Shown: positions 27,601 through 40,700 of the stretch, piece by piece
Position numbering within the stretch: position 1 is the first letter of the stretch
Layout: the number at the start of each line of letters is the position of its first letter
NCBI GenBank assembly: GCA_039621445.1
Contig: CP154954.1
Location: forward strand, 29,459,411-29,523,410
Origin: Euglena gracilis
Taxonomy: Eukaryota
Direction of reading: 5' to 3'
DNA length: 64,000 nucleotides
Program-made: the position numbers and the translations under genes
Notes under the pieces: generated by a model
Seen by the model: the letters and a program-made list of their open reading frames with translations, nothing else
What the model was told of the DNA's origin: nothing
Database searches by the model: none

Positions 27601-29458
27601 TTTGTCCGCACTGTATGGTAGCTTTTTTCGATTTAGAAAACTTTGGGCATTTTTGTCAGTTTTGGTGACTTTTTCGAAGAAAAATGCCAAAAAAAAACTG
27701 GGGAAGCTCCAGGGGGTTGGAAATAGGGGATGGGGGTAAAATAGGGGACTGGCATGGCCAGGGGGTTCAAAATGGGGGGTGGGGGTAAAATGGGGTTGGC
27801 ACACGAGCACCGGCTAAGGGGGGGGGGGGTTGGAGCCGAAGGAACCAGAAAAACTTTTCGGGCGTTTTCACGTTTGTGGTCGACTCCTTGGAGTCCAGGG
27901 GTTGGTGGGGGCGAGTCTTGCATTTGAGGGGGGGGGGATTCAATAAGGGAGGGGGTCATCTTTCTGTACAGTGAAAGCAGAATGTTCACGAGAAACGGGT
28001 GCTCCAAAGAGCCAAGGTGAAGAAAAAAGCAAACACACACGCAACAACGACATGGTGTTTGAAACAGGTGGCCCTGTGGCTGAGACCGACCCCCCCCCAA
28101 TATAAGGGGAGTTTAGCTCCTGAGGTGGGGGGGGGGGTCATACCATGCCCCAACCCCCGATAGTGTCCCATACCCAGCAGCTTTCGGCACACAGCCGCAG
28201 AATTCAGTCACGTTGGATGGTACTCTTATTCTGGACGATCGTGTGGTCAGAAATTTGAAATATCTCTTGGTCAGATGTCGCAATCAATTTTCTGTTTTGC
28301 ACCTCGATCTAAAGCTCTTTTCAAAGGCGTTCAACAAGTGCCACAGAATTAAACCGGGCCGTGTGGCACCCTTGTTCAGAAATACACCTATAAATGCATA
28401 TGAGATGTGTTGCACAGAAAGCGCATTTTTCCATTTCACATTAAAAATGGCACACTGGAGCACAATGGAATGGTATGGTGAACTGAATTGCATGCACACC
28501 CTTAGGCTCTAAACCGTAAACAAGCATCGTGGGGTCTGTTGGGGGGGGGGGCAGGCGCCCCCACGATTCACAATTTGGCACCCAGTACCCGCCCCAAAGT
28601 ACCCCCCAAAAACATGGCTTTAAGCCCATATCACCTTTTCCAGGACCAGCAGGTTTCCTGAACGCAATCCCGGATACTGCTGTGGTATTTTTACAGAGTT
28701 GGTTTCTGGTTCACGATTAGCAGGGCAATATTTGGACCCCCCCCAAATAACCCGCTGATACTTGTAAACAGCCTGTTCACGATTTACAAGGAATTTTGGG
28801 GGTCAAAATAACGCGCTGATGATCACGAGCAGGCTGTCCAAGATTACCCATAACGAGAACCGTGTCCCAGGCACAGCCCGAACCGGCGTCTGAGGAATCA
28901 CGGTCAATTTCGACCCAAATACCCAAGTTTTGGACACTTTTGGGCGACTTTGGCCCAAATTGGCCGCCGGGCAAAATTGGTAGATTTCACACTTCTGTTG
29001 CCATGTTGCCCATCAAAAGCTCTTCTGAAGGGCTTTTGACAGATGGCCACAGAATTCAACCATAATGCATGGAGCTCTCATTTCAGCAATCTTGTATTCC
29101 AGAAATTGACGTACCATGCCCCCCCCCGGGCTATTCCCGTCCCCGGGACCCTTTACAGCCCAATGGGAACAGTACGGGGGGAACAGCTGGGGGGGGGGGA
29201 GACCTAGGTCCCCCCCCCGAGCTATTCCCATACCCGACCCTCGGGCAACCCAAAAGGGGTCATTTTTGGCAACTTTTTTGGATGTTCGCAAAAAAATGGT
29301 CAATTTTGAGCACATTTGCCAAAAAGTGATTTTTGAAAACGTCCCAAAAACGTCGATTTTTGAGCACTTTTTTGGGAAGTTTGTAAAAAGTGCTATGACA
29401 GCGAGCTATTCCCGTCCCCCCTATGGGAGCTCGGGGGGGGGGGGGGGGGGAGACAGCT

Positions 29459-29498
<40 letters not shown>

Positions 29499-30477
29499 TG
29501 GTATTAATTTGTTAAATCCCAGCTCAAATACTATTTAGCATATCAATCGAAAGCTCTCACCAATACCTTTCGCTTCGAACCCTCAGAACTCAGCCACACT
29601 GCAAAGCGCTCTGAAAATCACCGATCGCGTGTTCCGATCAGTCTTCACAAATTCAAAAATCCACTGCTCATCTGCCATGTTGCCCCTTAATTGAAAGCTC
29701 TGTTCAAGGGCTTTCAGCAGCTGGCCTTAGATATCAGCCATGCTACTGATGTTCTATTTCAGAAATTCCCCAAAATTGGCCAAAGGGAAATGATTGCCTA
29801 AAAACAACCAATTTCTGGCCGAAGACACTCAAAAAGCTGCTCAGATATGATTACCACAATGTCCACAAACCTTTTGGACACTTTCGCCCCTCCCCCCTGC
29901 CCGGGCAAATGGAGCCCGGGCATCAACCAAATGGGGGGGTGAGGATAACGTGGTAATGGGTGCATATGGGTGATACTCACAATTTTTATACAGAGAATCA
30001 CCAGAATGGGGAGTTTTCTGCGGAGAGTCCAAAAATGACCCTAATTGAACTCCCTAATTGAGAAAAAGGGAGTCCAATGGAGAGGTCCCACTGTGAAAAA
30101 GGGGAAACCCGCCCACCCTAACAGAAGCGCGGGGCCGCTACAAGCGCAGGGTCCAAATAAAAGCACCACCCCCCCCCCCCGCCGTCGAAGAGGGCGGTCC
30201 ACTACAAGCGCACCCCCCATTTTGATGAGATTTTTAAAGGAAATCGACAAAAAATCGGGCAGGCAGGGTCCAAATAGAAGCACACCCCCTGCCGCCAGAG
30301 ACGGCAGTCCGCTATTAACGCACCCGTGCTTCTATTAGGGGGGGGGGTTACTGGAAAGAAATGTGTTGAGAAGGACTGTAATGAAGACCTGAATCTGTGT
30401 TGACGATGTAAGAACGGCCGCCAGCAATGGGAATGAGCTTGCTAACAAACTCTCCTTCTCTGATTTGCAGCACTTAC

Positions 30478-30569
30478 CCATGTCGTCATGATGAAGACTG
30501 AAACCTCGGCGCCAGCCAAACCAGGAGGAGAAAAGCCATGTCGAGCCAGTGGAGTTTAGCATTGGTGCC
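30478..30569 (-). CDS. Candidate exon of an unidentified gene
   Basis: ttcttggcag|G ... ATG G|gtaagt; APMLNSTGSTWLFSSWFGWRRGFSLHHDDM; phase-compatible with 44311-44383; no recognised homology. Confidence 0.35.
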
Positions 30570-31659
30570 CTGCCAAGAAGGAGAATGCTGAGAAACTTGG
30601 AAAATTAATCATCAAGCGATAAACCACGGTGAACGTGACCCCAGCCCATATGTCACCCCCCCCTAATTGCCGCTCCCCTCCCAAGCTCTTATCGCTTTAT
30701 GGGTAAGAGCGAAGCTTACCCCTGGGGAAAGGGAGGGTCTAACCCCCCCCCTCTCCCCCCGCCCCCCCCCCCCCGGTCGGTGCCACCTCGGGAACCGGCA
30801 GATTATCACCATGATCCCGGCTCCGTTCTCGGAATTTTTTTTTCAATTGCGAGCGACTGGATTTCTAGTTTCTGAATCACCTCCGTTTGACCCCCAACTC
30901 CCCGCTAGGCCTGAGTTATTCACATGTGAAGGGGTCCAAACTGGGTAGGATTGGCCCCCCCTCTTCCGACTCTGCCATTTCGCCAGGGTCCAAAAATCAG
31001 TCAAAAAATCGATTTTTCGAAAATATCTCAAGAAAACGTACATCATCTCCGGAAATGTAGGTGTGACAAAATGTACCCCCGGAGGCCCTCTATTGACGCC
31101 CGTTCGCTGTTTTGGCCGCCGATGCGCCTGGCCCGTGTTCCGGCGCGCTTTTGCCGCCCAAAACGGCCATTTTGGGATGTTTTGGGGGTTGTTTTTCGGT
31201 CAAAAAATCGATTTTCTTCAAAATATCTCGACAATGAAGCAAAATCAAAGAAAATGTCCGGAGAGTAAAAATGAAGCCCTTGGAATACCCTATCCAACCA
31301 TGATTTACTTTTCCCCCAACTCTTCGTGCAGCCCGAGTTAGAGCCATTTTTCGGCCAAGTTTGGCCCATTTCAAGAGCCCTTTGGGGGTCAATGTTTCCA
31401 AAATATCTTTGAAATGAAGCAAACTCGAAGGAAATGTCCGGAGACCTAATTTGAAGACCTTAAATTGCTCAACAGTATTTTGATTTCCCCGCAACTCCCC
31501 CCCACCTTGCCCGAGTTACGGCCATTTTTCGGCCAATTTTGGCCATTTTGTACAGTTTTGGCCTGTTTTGACCCGGCCATTTTCGGCCATTTTCTGGCTT
31601 GGAATCTCTAACTCATTATTTCAACGCACACCAACAAGGTTGTCCCAAATGGTGGACTT

Positions 31660-32630
31660 TCGCTGCAGAGCTCCTTCGGTGTTGGGCCTTCCTGCTGCCA
31701 TGGACATCCTACCCAACGATGCGGATCATTGCTTGCGGGCAGCCCTCAGCGACCTCGGTCAAATGGCTCCACTGCCACAATGGGTTGATGACAAGAACCT
31801 GATCCCTCAGGCACAGTGTCCGCACAATTTGCAGCGGTGGTGGAATCAAGAAAGCATGCTTGCTCGCCAAAAAGCACTCCGTGACACACTAAATGGACCA
31901 GCTGCTGTACGGTTTGCTAGCCAAAGCCAACCGTACGCTATGGCATGGGCCGCTGTGACACCATAGCAGGGTATGCGCACCCTGCTGTCCACGGCTGAAT
32001 TTGGATGTTCACTTCGTTGGTCCCTTGGAATGTCTCTGACACCAATGGAAACGGACCCCAACACTTGTCCCAAATGCTTTGGACCGTGAGATTTTCTTGG
32101 ACATCACCTCGTTTGCTGCAAATCAAACTTCATCGACTGGCGGCACGGGGCTGTCCAGGACTCCCTGACAACCACAACTCAGAAAGCTGGTTTCACAGCC
32201 CGCAAAGAACAAAGAGCTGATGACTGTTCCCGCCCAGGAGACATTTTCATTCCTCGCTTGGACAGCGATGGCGCCGTGGCACGGATGTGACAATACAACA
32301 CACCCCTCCACAAAGTCACCCACCGCGGAACACAGAAAGCCTGTCTCAATGGCAAACACGACAGGATATCGAAAAGCATGCCAAATATGATGCAACTGGC
32401 CAACACCTGTGTTGGCGTTTGGTGCCATTTTTGATGGACTGCAACAGGGCATGGGACAAGAAGCTTTTCTTGATGTCCACCCTTCTAAAGGCCCTTCTTG
32501 GGCAGCGGGAAGGGTGGCAGCGTCGCGCCGCGGAGGCAAACATCTAACACGAGAGATCAGCAGACAGCTTGTTTGGAGCTTGTATTCTTCCAAAGACGAA
32601 CTCGGGCTGTCTTCTTTCCACTCTCTATGT
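31660..32630 (+). mobile_element. Decayed CRE-clade retrotransposon fragment (Zn knuckle and RLE)
   Basis: QRWW, CPKC..GHHLVCC..RHGAVQD, SRPGDIFIP motifs with stops and frameshifts; collinear with the C-terminus of the 1325-aa ORF. Confidence 0.85.
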
Positions 32631-32924
32631 TCGTGTTTGAAGGCCTTTGGGCAAATACCATGCCCCCCCCATATAAGACGCCCCCCCCCCCATATAACAA
32701 CTCTCCCTGGCCAACCAAAGGCCGGCCCTTTGGCCGGGACCAACCCCCCCCCCATATTAGACCCCCCCTGGGATTTTGGCTCCCGATAGGGGGGGGGGGT
32801 CTTACATTGGGGGGGCATGGTAACCTTGACCAATCCAGATATCAGGTGACCTGAACACCAAGCAATATCAAACTCCCTCCTTTTAATCCTACCACATGCT
32901 ACTGAAACAAACACTTTCCTGAAT

Positions 32925-33103
<179 letters not shown>

Positions 33104-33106
33104 TAC

Positions 33107-33571
33107 CAGGGGAGGGGAAATGCGCTCGCCCGGCCTCGGAAAAAATGCGCAAAAATGCGCAAAAATGCGCAAAAATGCGCAAAAATGCGCAAAAAAATGC
33201 GCAAAAAAATGCGCAAAAATGTGCAAAATCCGAGAAAAAATGCGCAAAGATCACGAAAATGCAAAAATTACCCAAAAACATGCAAAAATGGCACCAAATT
33301 TGAAGAAATTATGTAGAATAATGAGGAAAATGTAAATTTCAAAAAAAGTCGAAAATTTCAAATTTTTGCAAAAAATTGCAAAAATGGTCAAAAAATGCGA
33401 AAATTTTGGAAAATCACGAAAAATGTGCCAAAAAGCAAAAAAATGCGCTGAAAAAAATGAAAAAAAATGCGCAAAAAATGCGAAAAAATGCGCAAAAATG
33501 CGCATTTTTGGAAAATTTGAAAAAATGCGCAAAAAAATGCGAAAAAATGCGAAACGCATTCCCCCCCCCTG
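33107..33571. mobile_element. CAGGG-type MITE with AAAAATGCGC arrays
   Basis: CAGGGGAGGGGAAATGCG / CGCATTCCCCCCCCCTG; GATATAC on both sides; family member at 44565-45461 flanked by CCAGTG. Confidence 0.75.
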
Positions 33572-34009
33572 GATATACATATTTTTTATACATATATACA
33601 TACCGGTGCTGGCCTTATTCCGATGCAGCCTTATGTCGGACTCCTTTAAATCGTATTCAGTTTTTTGCGAACAAAATCCCGACGAACGCGGCCTGTTTGC
33701 GTGATAAAACCCTGACCTCATTTCACCATTTACGACTTTTCTCACCCACGGTATTAGGACTCCCGATGCTTTCGCGTTCTTTTTGACTAATTTTTTTTGA
33801 TCTGTGTCAATTTCTTTCAATTCATATTGTTTTTGATTCAATTTTTCAATTTGATTCAATGCTCATCCAATGTTTCATGTTTTTCTCTTTTCTTTGCAGA
33901 CTGATATGGACCAGTTCATCATAAGGACAAGGCAGGACATCGAGGACAAGGAGCTGGCTGCCATATCGGCCGAAAGAGCCCGGCTCCGGGGCGGACAGAA
34001 GCACAGCAA

Positions 34010-34925
34010 TCGCCCTCCAGCCAGATTGTCGGCAAGCCGAACATCCTCCCCCCCTCCGACCTACCTCGGGGGCTCGACTTTGGGATGATTGGATTTTTTT
34101 CCGAACCTCCCCCTTTTTGCCCTTCGGTGGGGATTTGCTCTTGGGTCGTGGTTCGGGGTTGGTTTGGACTACCACCGCCTTGGTCTTTAAGGGCTTGAGG
34201 CTGGTCTTCGCCGTTTCCAACACGGGAAATTGCCCAAAGGCTCGGCGGGTGATGTCCAACTCTTCGGTTGTCCGAAGGCGAGAAACCACAAACACAAAGA
34301 TGTCGTCCCCCGACATTTCATACTCGTGCCTTGTAAAATTCATGCATGCTCAATTCATTGTGGCTCCGTGAAGTGCCAAAAGCCTCTCCCTCCAGGCCTC
34401 GCTTGGGGTTTCGATCACATAGCCAGAAGCACACTCATGAACAGTCGGAAGTGCCCGAAAATAAGCTTCAATGTCGGCAAAAACTGCCGGACTACTCACC
34501 CTTGTGGGGAAAGTGACCCGAGTCCATGGGCGACTCACCCTCCGTTGTGCCGTCTCGTAAATCAACCGTTCCTGGAGTGACGGCGACAGTTTAGGAAAAA
34601 TCATCCTCCGCTCTTCAGCGGAGCTCCGCTCTGGGACGTCCCCCCGAAACAATTTACATTCTCCTCGAACCGCCGCCAATCCTGCAGGGTGATCCCCGCC
34701 CTGTCCTCACCAATCCTACGCTTTCCAACTTTGTCGGTGTTGCTTCAGGGAGTCTATGCCAAACTCCCGCCGGAGTTACTGGCGGAAACCTGCCAAAGTC
34801 AGCCTCAACTTCGCCTTAGTTGCTTCATCAAGGCAACTTTTGAACTCCTGAAGCAACACAAAATCTGAGGGGGGTGCTGGGGAAGTTTCGGCCATAACTT
34901 GCTCGAGCTCCTCCCATTCCCCGAA
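34010..34925 (-). pseudogene. Decayed ORF, possibly retroelement gag-like
   Basis: ORFs 34350-34679 and 33846-34343 are in frame across one stop; helical region, basic Pro/Lys linker, then CSACRQSG (partial knuckle). Confidence 0.35.
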
Positions 34926-35263
34926 CTTAGAAAAGTCCTAAAAAAAAAAAAAAAAAAAGAGGACAGGGCATCCTGCGCCACACGTCCGTGTTGATAGGAT
35001 GAGTCAGATATAATGGAAATGGGTTTGAGGGCACAGCAATGCGCAATGATAATGGGGGGGAGGGGCGGGGGGGGGGAGGGGGGGGCGCACCCCCCCCCCC
35101 CCCCCCACCAGTGATGATCAATTAACCGTCAACACGGGGACCAACCGATTAATTGCGATAAAAAATTAAAAAAAATAAAAAATAATAAAAAAATAAGAAA
35201 AAAAATAAAAATTTATCCAAAAAATAAAAAAAAAAATAATAAAAAAATTAAAAAAAAAAAATA

Positions 35264-35294
<31 letters not shown>

Positions 35295-35296
35295 GC

Positions 35297-35582
35297 AGGT
35301 TTGTGTGCCGTTTGTTCCATGAATGGGGGTTGAATGGTTGTTTCAAGGGCGAGGCCGACTGTTAAGCCAGGTTTGTGGTGGAGATTGCACGAGATTGTGC
35401 AGGAGGCATTTATGGGAGTATGGGCAATGGGAGGAGTGGTTGAGAAGCATTTTTGGAAAAGCGTGGACAAGTCAGTGAAGAAGCTCCCAACCAGCGGGTT
35501 TGATTTTCCCTTATGCCATTGGTACAGCCCCTGCATACCCTGGGCCTCCACTTGTCGTGCAACCAGCCCTTCCCTTGCCGCA
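35297..35582 (-). mobile_element. CRE-family 3' fragment, similar to about 37775-38065
   Basis: Shared sequence such as GTGGACAAGTCAGTGAAGAAGCTCCCAACCAGC. Confidence 0.7.
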
Positions 35583-35594
35583 AAAACCAAAAAG

Positions 35595-35629
<35 letters not shown>

Positions 35630-36345
35630 AAAAAAAAAAAAAAAAAAAAAAAAAAAAACGAAAAAAAAAAACCAAAAATTTCAGGTTTAAGTTGTTTTCA
35701 GGAGTGGTGATAAAACTGCAAAGTCAAAAAAACTGCCCCAAATTTTGGCACACTCAAATTTTATTGACATTTTTAATTTTATTGACATTTTTTCTCTTGG
35801 AAAATTTTTGGGATTTTCAAACATTTTTTTGCTTCAAAAACCTACGAGATTCAAACCTTTGAGAAAATTGTGAAATTTGGAAGGTGTGAAAAATGCGGTT
35901 TTGGGCCAACACAGGTCCCAAAATGGGTCCAAAATACACCCAGTGGGGTGGGTGTGGGGGATGGTGTGGGGGGGGGGGGGCAGGGTTGGCGTTTTTTTTG
36001 TTTTTTTTTTAAAAAAAATGTTTTTTTTAAAAAAAACGCCAAAAAAAAAACATCAAAAAAACAAAAAAAGAAATTTTCATTGAAAAAAACTCGTTATGAA
36101 ACACCCAAACCATACATCGAAGCCTACTAAGTTCAAAAATTGCCCAAAAATGGTCAAAAACATCCAAAAAGTGCAAAACAATGCAGCTTTATGACTTTTT
36201 TTCATTTATCGTAAATATCTTCCAAACATTGTCTTCGTTCCTTCCAGGCATTTGTGAAAAAATGAGCTAAAAAAAAAAAAAAAACATGCCGCCTCATGTC
36301 TTTTCTGGGGGAAAATCAACATGGGGTCTTATAGTTCCCACCTGC

Positions 36346-36377
<32 letters not shown>

Positions 36378-36382
<5 letters not shown>

Positions 36383-36677
36383 GGTGTAAACTTTAATACC
36401 CCCCCCCGGGGGGGGGTATTAAAGTTGACCCCGCGATGGCCACCCCATTATTGAAGGTATAGGGTTAGGTGCGCACATGCTGATTTGCGCTCATCGCCAA
36501 CGTTGCGCTAATCGGCTATGTTGCGCAACATGGCCAATTAGCGCAACGTTGCCGATGAGCGCAAATCCGCATGTGCCCACCCAACCCCATTCCTTTCATT
36601 AGGGGGGGGGGCCATTGGGGGGTCAACTTTAATCCCCCCCCCGGGGGGGGGGGGGGTATTAAAGTTTACACCTGCCA
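36378..36677. mobile_element. Foldback element in (TA)n
   Basis: TIR TGGCAGGTGTAAACTTTAATACCCCC / GGGGGTATTAAAGTTTACACCTGCCA; same family as about 24033-24270. Confidence 0.85.
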
Positions 36678-37123
36678 TATATATATACATATATATATAT
36701 ATACCATCCCCCCCCATTATGTACCCCCCCCATTGTGTACCCCCTGGGGGGGGGGTACATAATGGGGGGGGGGGAGGGTAGCTCACTGTCATAACACTTT
36801 TTCTAAAGAATTTCCCAAAAAAGTGCTCAAAAATCGACGTTTTTGGGACGTTTTCAAAAAGTGATATTTGGCAAATGTGCTGAAAATTGACCATTTATTG
36901 CGAACATCCAAAAAGTTGCCAAAAATGATCCCTTTTGGGCTGTTCGGTCGGTTCTGGGAATGGGACCTGGGTACCCCCCCCATTGTGTACCTCCCCCCCA
37001 TTATGTACCTCCCCCCCCCAATTTCGTCCTACCGGGGGGAGGTACATATTGGGGCGGGATGGTATATATATATAGATATATATATATATATAGATATATA
37101 GATATATATATATATAGATATAT

Positions 37124-37215
<92 letters not shown>

Positions 37216-37774
37216 ATATATAACCGGCGTGCACCGATTACCACCCCCCCCCCCTTATTGTCCCACCGACCTCTCCCCGGGAGGCCCGACCGGACAATAA
37301 GGGGGGGGACAATAAGGGGGTACCAAAGGAATTTCATTGGCCGGGCCAAAAAATCCCCTGTCGGCCGGGGCCCAGGGACAATAAGGGGGGGGGGACAATA
37401 AGGGGGGGGACAATAAGGGGGGGGGGGGTATGTATATGGTGCTCCGGTGGGTCAGAAATGTACATTCCACATCATCCCAAGGGGACTCAGTGGGACGTTC
37501 TATGTACAACATGTACAACACAGATAGAGGTCAAACGGAAGAATGTGAATGTGCTTGTTACAAAGGTGAGGTTGAACGTCATCTGACAACTATTGTAGAC
37601 GGAAGAGTATGTGCGTGCTTGTTACAAAGGTGAGGTAAGGTGGAGCCGTGCAAACATCGTGTGATTGTCAAGGTTAGATGTATTGGTAAGGGGAACCCCG
37701 CACTTTCGCCTCTTTGTGTTGTCGAATATTGATACCTTGTCGACCCGTGTCGCATTTTTGGCATTCTTTAGCTG

Positions 37775-40700
37775 GTTTGTGTGCCGTTTGTTCCATGAAT
37801 GGTGAATGGTTTGTTTCAAGGGCCGTACGGCCGACTGGTTAAGCCAGTTTTGTGGTGGAGATTGCACGGAGATTGCAGGAGGCATTTATGGAGAGTATGG
37901 CCAATGGGAGGAGGTGGTTGAAGAAGCATTTTGAAAATCGGTGGACAAGTCAGTGAAGAAGCTCCCAACCAGCTGTTTTGATATTTCCCTTGCCAATGTG
38001 GGTGACAGCCCCTGCCATACCTCTGCCTCCACTTGTCGTTGCAACCAGCCCTCCCTTTGGCCCAAAAGCCGTGGAATGAAGACATCACCAGGGCGGGAGT
38101 TGTCCTCAGCACGTTGCTCCTTTTTAGCCTGAAATCCAGCCCGTTGAGCGAGGGATGTCAAGGGGGGTGGTGCGGGTCATGGGGGGGTCACGGGGGGGGG
38201 GGGTTACCGGGGGAAGTATGCCACTTTGGAGGTAGCGGGAGGCAGCATCCATGATGTTGCATCCCATCACGAGAGGGGCGGCACGCATCCTGAAATCGGT
38301 GATTTTCGGGTCAAAAAGTGGTTATTTCTGGCCATTTGGGCCATTTTTTGAACAAAAAAAGTGCTTTTTGGTCCGAAAGTGGTCATTTTGGGTGATTTAT
38401 ATGTCCAAATGGTCATATTTTTTTCATTTTTTGAAAGAAAATTTTGTTAGGATTTTCTTGACCGTCACATTTTTTTGGGATGCATTTTGGGCCATTTTTG
38501 ATGGCCCAAAATGGCCATTTTTTGAAAAAATGGCCAAAAAATTCTGTTTTGGGTGTGGAAATGCACCAATTTGTTGGCACTTTTTTTAGGGGACAATATT
38601 TTTAGCCATTTTGGGTTTGAAGGTGCGTTGGGCGTTGGGTGCCAAAAAGGGGTTTGGTTGTCCAAATGGAAGGTGTGGTGAGGACAGGGTTGACGTTTTT
38701 TTTTGGTTTTTTTTAAAAAAAGAACAAACCAATGGGACATATTTTGGGTCAAAATTCAAACGCCAAAAAAAAACGCCATTGTTTGGGTTGAATTTTTTTT
38801 CACCTCAAATCTTTGGATTTCTTTCCATTTTTTTTACCATGTCAACCAGAAAATTGATGACAAGCGACCAAACCCGCCATCTGATACGAAAACTGTGTCC
38901 AGAACGCCGGTTTGGGCGTGAAGCCGTGTTCCAGAACGCCGGTTCGGGCGGCCCGAACCAGCGTTCTGGAACACGGCTTCACGCCCGAACCGGCGTTCTG
39001 GAACACGGCTTCACGCCCGATACCCATTTTTTCGAACATTTTGGAGCATTTTTGGGCTCCTTTGGGCGTATGGCCATGTCGATCGGCCGATTGAAGTTTT
39101 CACAGGTCTGGTGCCATGTTACCCATCAATTGAAAGCTCTTCTGAAGGGCTTTTGACAGATGGCCACAGGATTCAGCCATTATGCACACAGCGCTTATTT
39201 TCAGCGATCGTGCATTCCCAAATTTGACATCTTAATTTGTGAAAGCCCACACCTCAGGTGCCATACAGCATATCAATCGAAAGCTCTCGCCAAGAGCTTT
39301 CATTTGGTACCCACAGAACTCAGCTACACTGCAGAGCACTCTAAAAATCAGCGATCGCATTTTCCGACCCTGGGGGGTCGGCACGCTGTGGCGAGGTTTC
39401 CGGCTAGGGGGGGGGGGGGGGGGGGGTTGGGGTGGCGAGGGGGTCCCGGATGGGGGGGGAGGGGTGCGCGGGGGTTTGCCAAGAAAAATCTCTTTGGCGG
39501 GCCTCACATGGCGTGGCGAGGGGGTCTGAAAAGGGGGGGAGGGGGGGGTAAAACGTGGCGAGGGGGTCGGTGAGGGGGGGGGGGAGGGGTGTGCCGACCC
39601 CCCCCCTGTTTGCAAAGTCGAAATTCCTATGTTTCACCAGCCATGTTGCCCATCGATCGAAAGCTCTTCGCAGGGGCTTTGTATGCCGCCTTGAAAGATT
39701 GTTGAATTTGCAGCAGAGCAAGTAGTGACCGGAGACATCCAGACTGCCATGGCATTTTGGGGAAAGCAAAGAGGCATTGGAAGCGGGTTCAGTGAGAGCT
39801 ATTCCGATGCTCCAACGCAAGAGGCAACAAAATTCAGCAGAAGGCAACAGAGGGGGTGTCTGGGACGCGGGGGGGGGGGGGGACGGGGGTGGGGGGGGGG
39901 GGGGGGGGGGGGGGGGACGCGGGGGAGACGCCATTTTTGTGACGGTGAAATTAGGAATTTGCTGCGAGATTTTTTTCGCCAAATTAGGATTCTACCACAA
40001 CAAATTAGGACAAACCCACCCCAAATTAGGAATCACCCACCACAAATTAACGTGACCCCCCCTAAATGGCCCCCCCCTTGGGAGCGTTTTGACCCCCCTG
40101 GCGACAATTAGGGGGGGGTGACAATTAGGGGGGTTACTCAATTTACCCTACCCGTCCATGGGTCCATGGGTAACCCCCCCCCTAATTGTCGTCCCCCAAG
40201 GGGGGGGGGGCGACAATTAGGGGGGGTCGCTGAGCTCTTATCCCTTTATGGGTAAGAGCGAAGCTTACCACCGGCGAAACCCCCCCCGAACCCCCCCCCC
40301 CCCCGCCCCCCCCCCCCCGGGTCGGGGCCACCTCGGGAACGGACGGATTATCACCATGAGCGACTGGATTCCTAGTTTCCGAATCACCCGGGTTTGACCC
40401 CCAACTCCCCGCCAGGCCCGAGTTATTCACGCACGAAGGGGTCCAAACTCGGTAGGATTTACCAGGGTGTGACGTAGAGCTGAGCTCTTTGGGAGACCAC
40501 CCCGGCCCGGTGGCCCGGGAAAAAAACGGTCATTTTCGGCTCAAAAACAGGTTTTCCGGGTCAGGGAGGCCAAAAAACATCGTTTTGGGCAAAAAGAAAA
40601 TTTTCGTTTTTTTTTTGACTTTTTTGACCCGGTTTTGACCCAAAATCAATGGGTTGGCGGCCCAAAACGGGGCGCTGGCGGTCAAAAAACGCTCATTTTC

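Noticed and set aside
35160-35680. A-rich tracts as poly(A) tails or poly-Lys ORFs
   Set aside because: Wrong strand for the adjacent CRE fragment; looks like low-quality sequence
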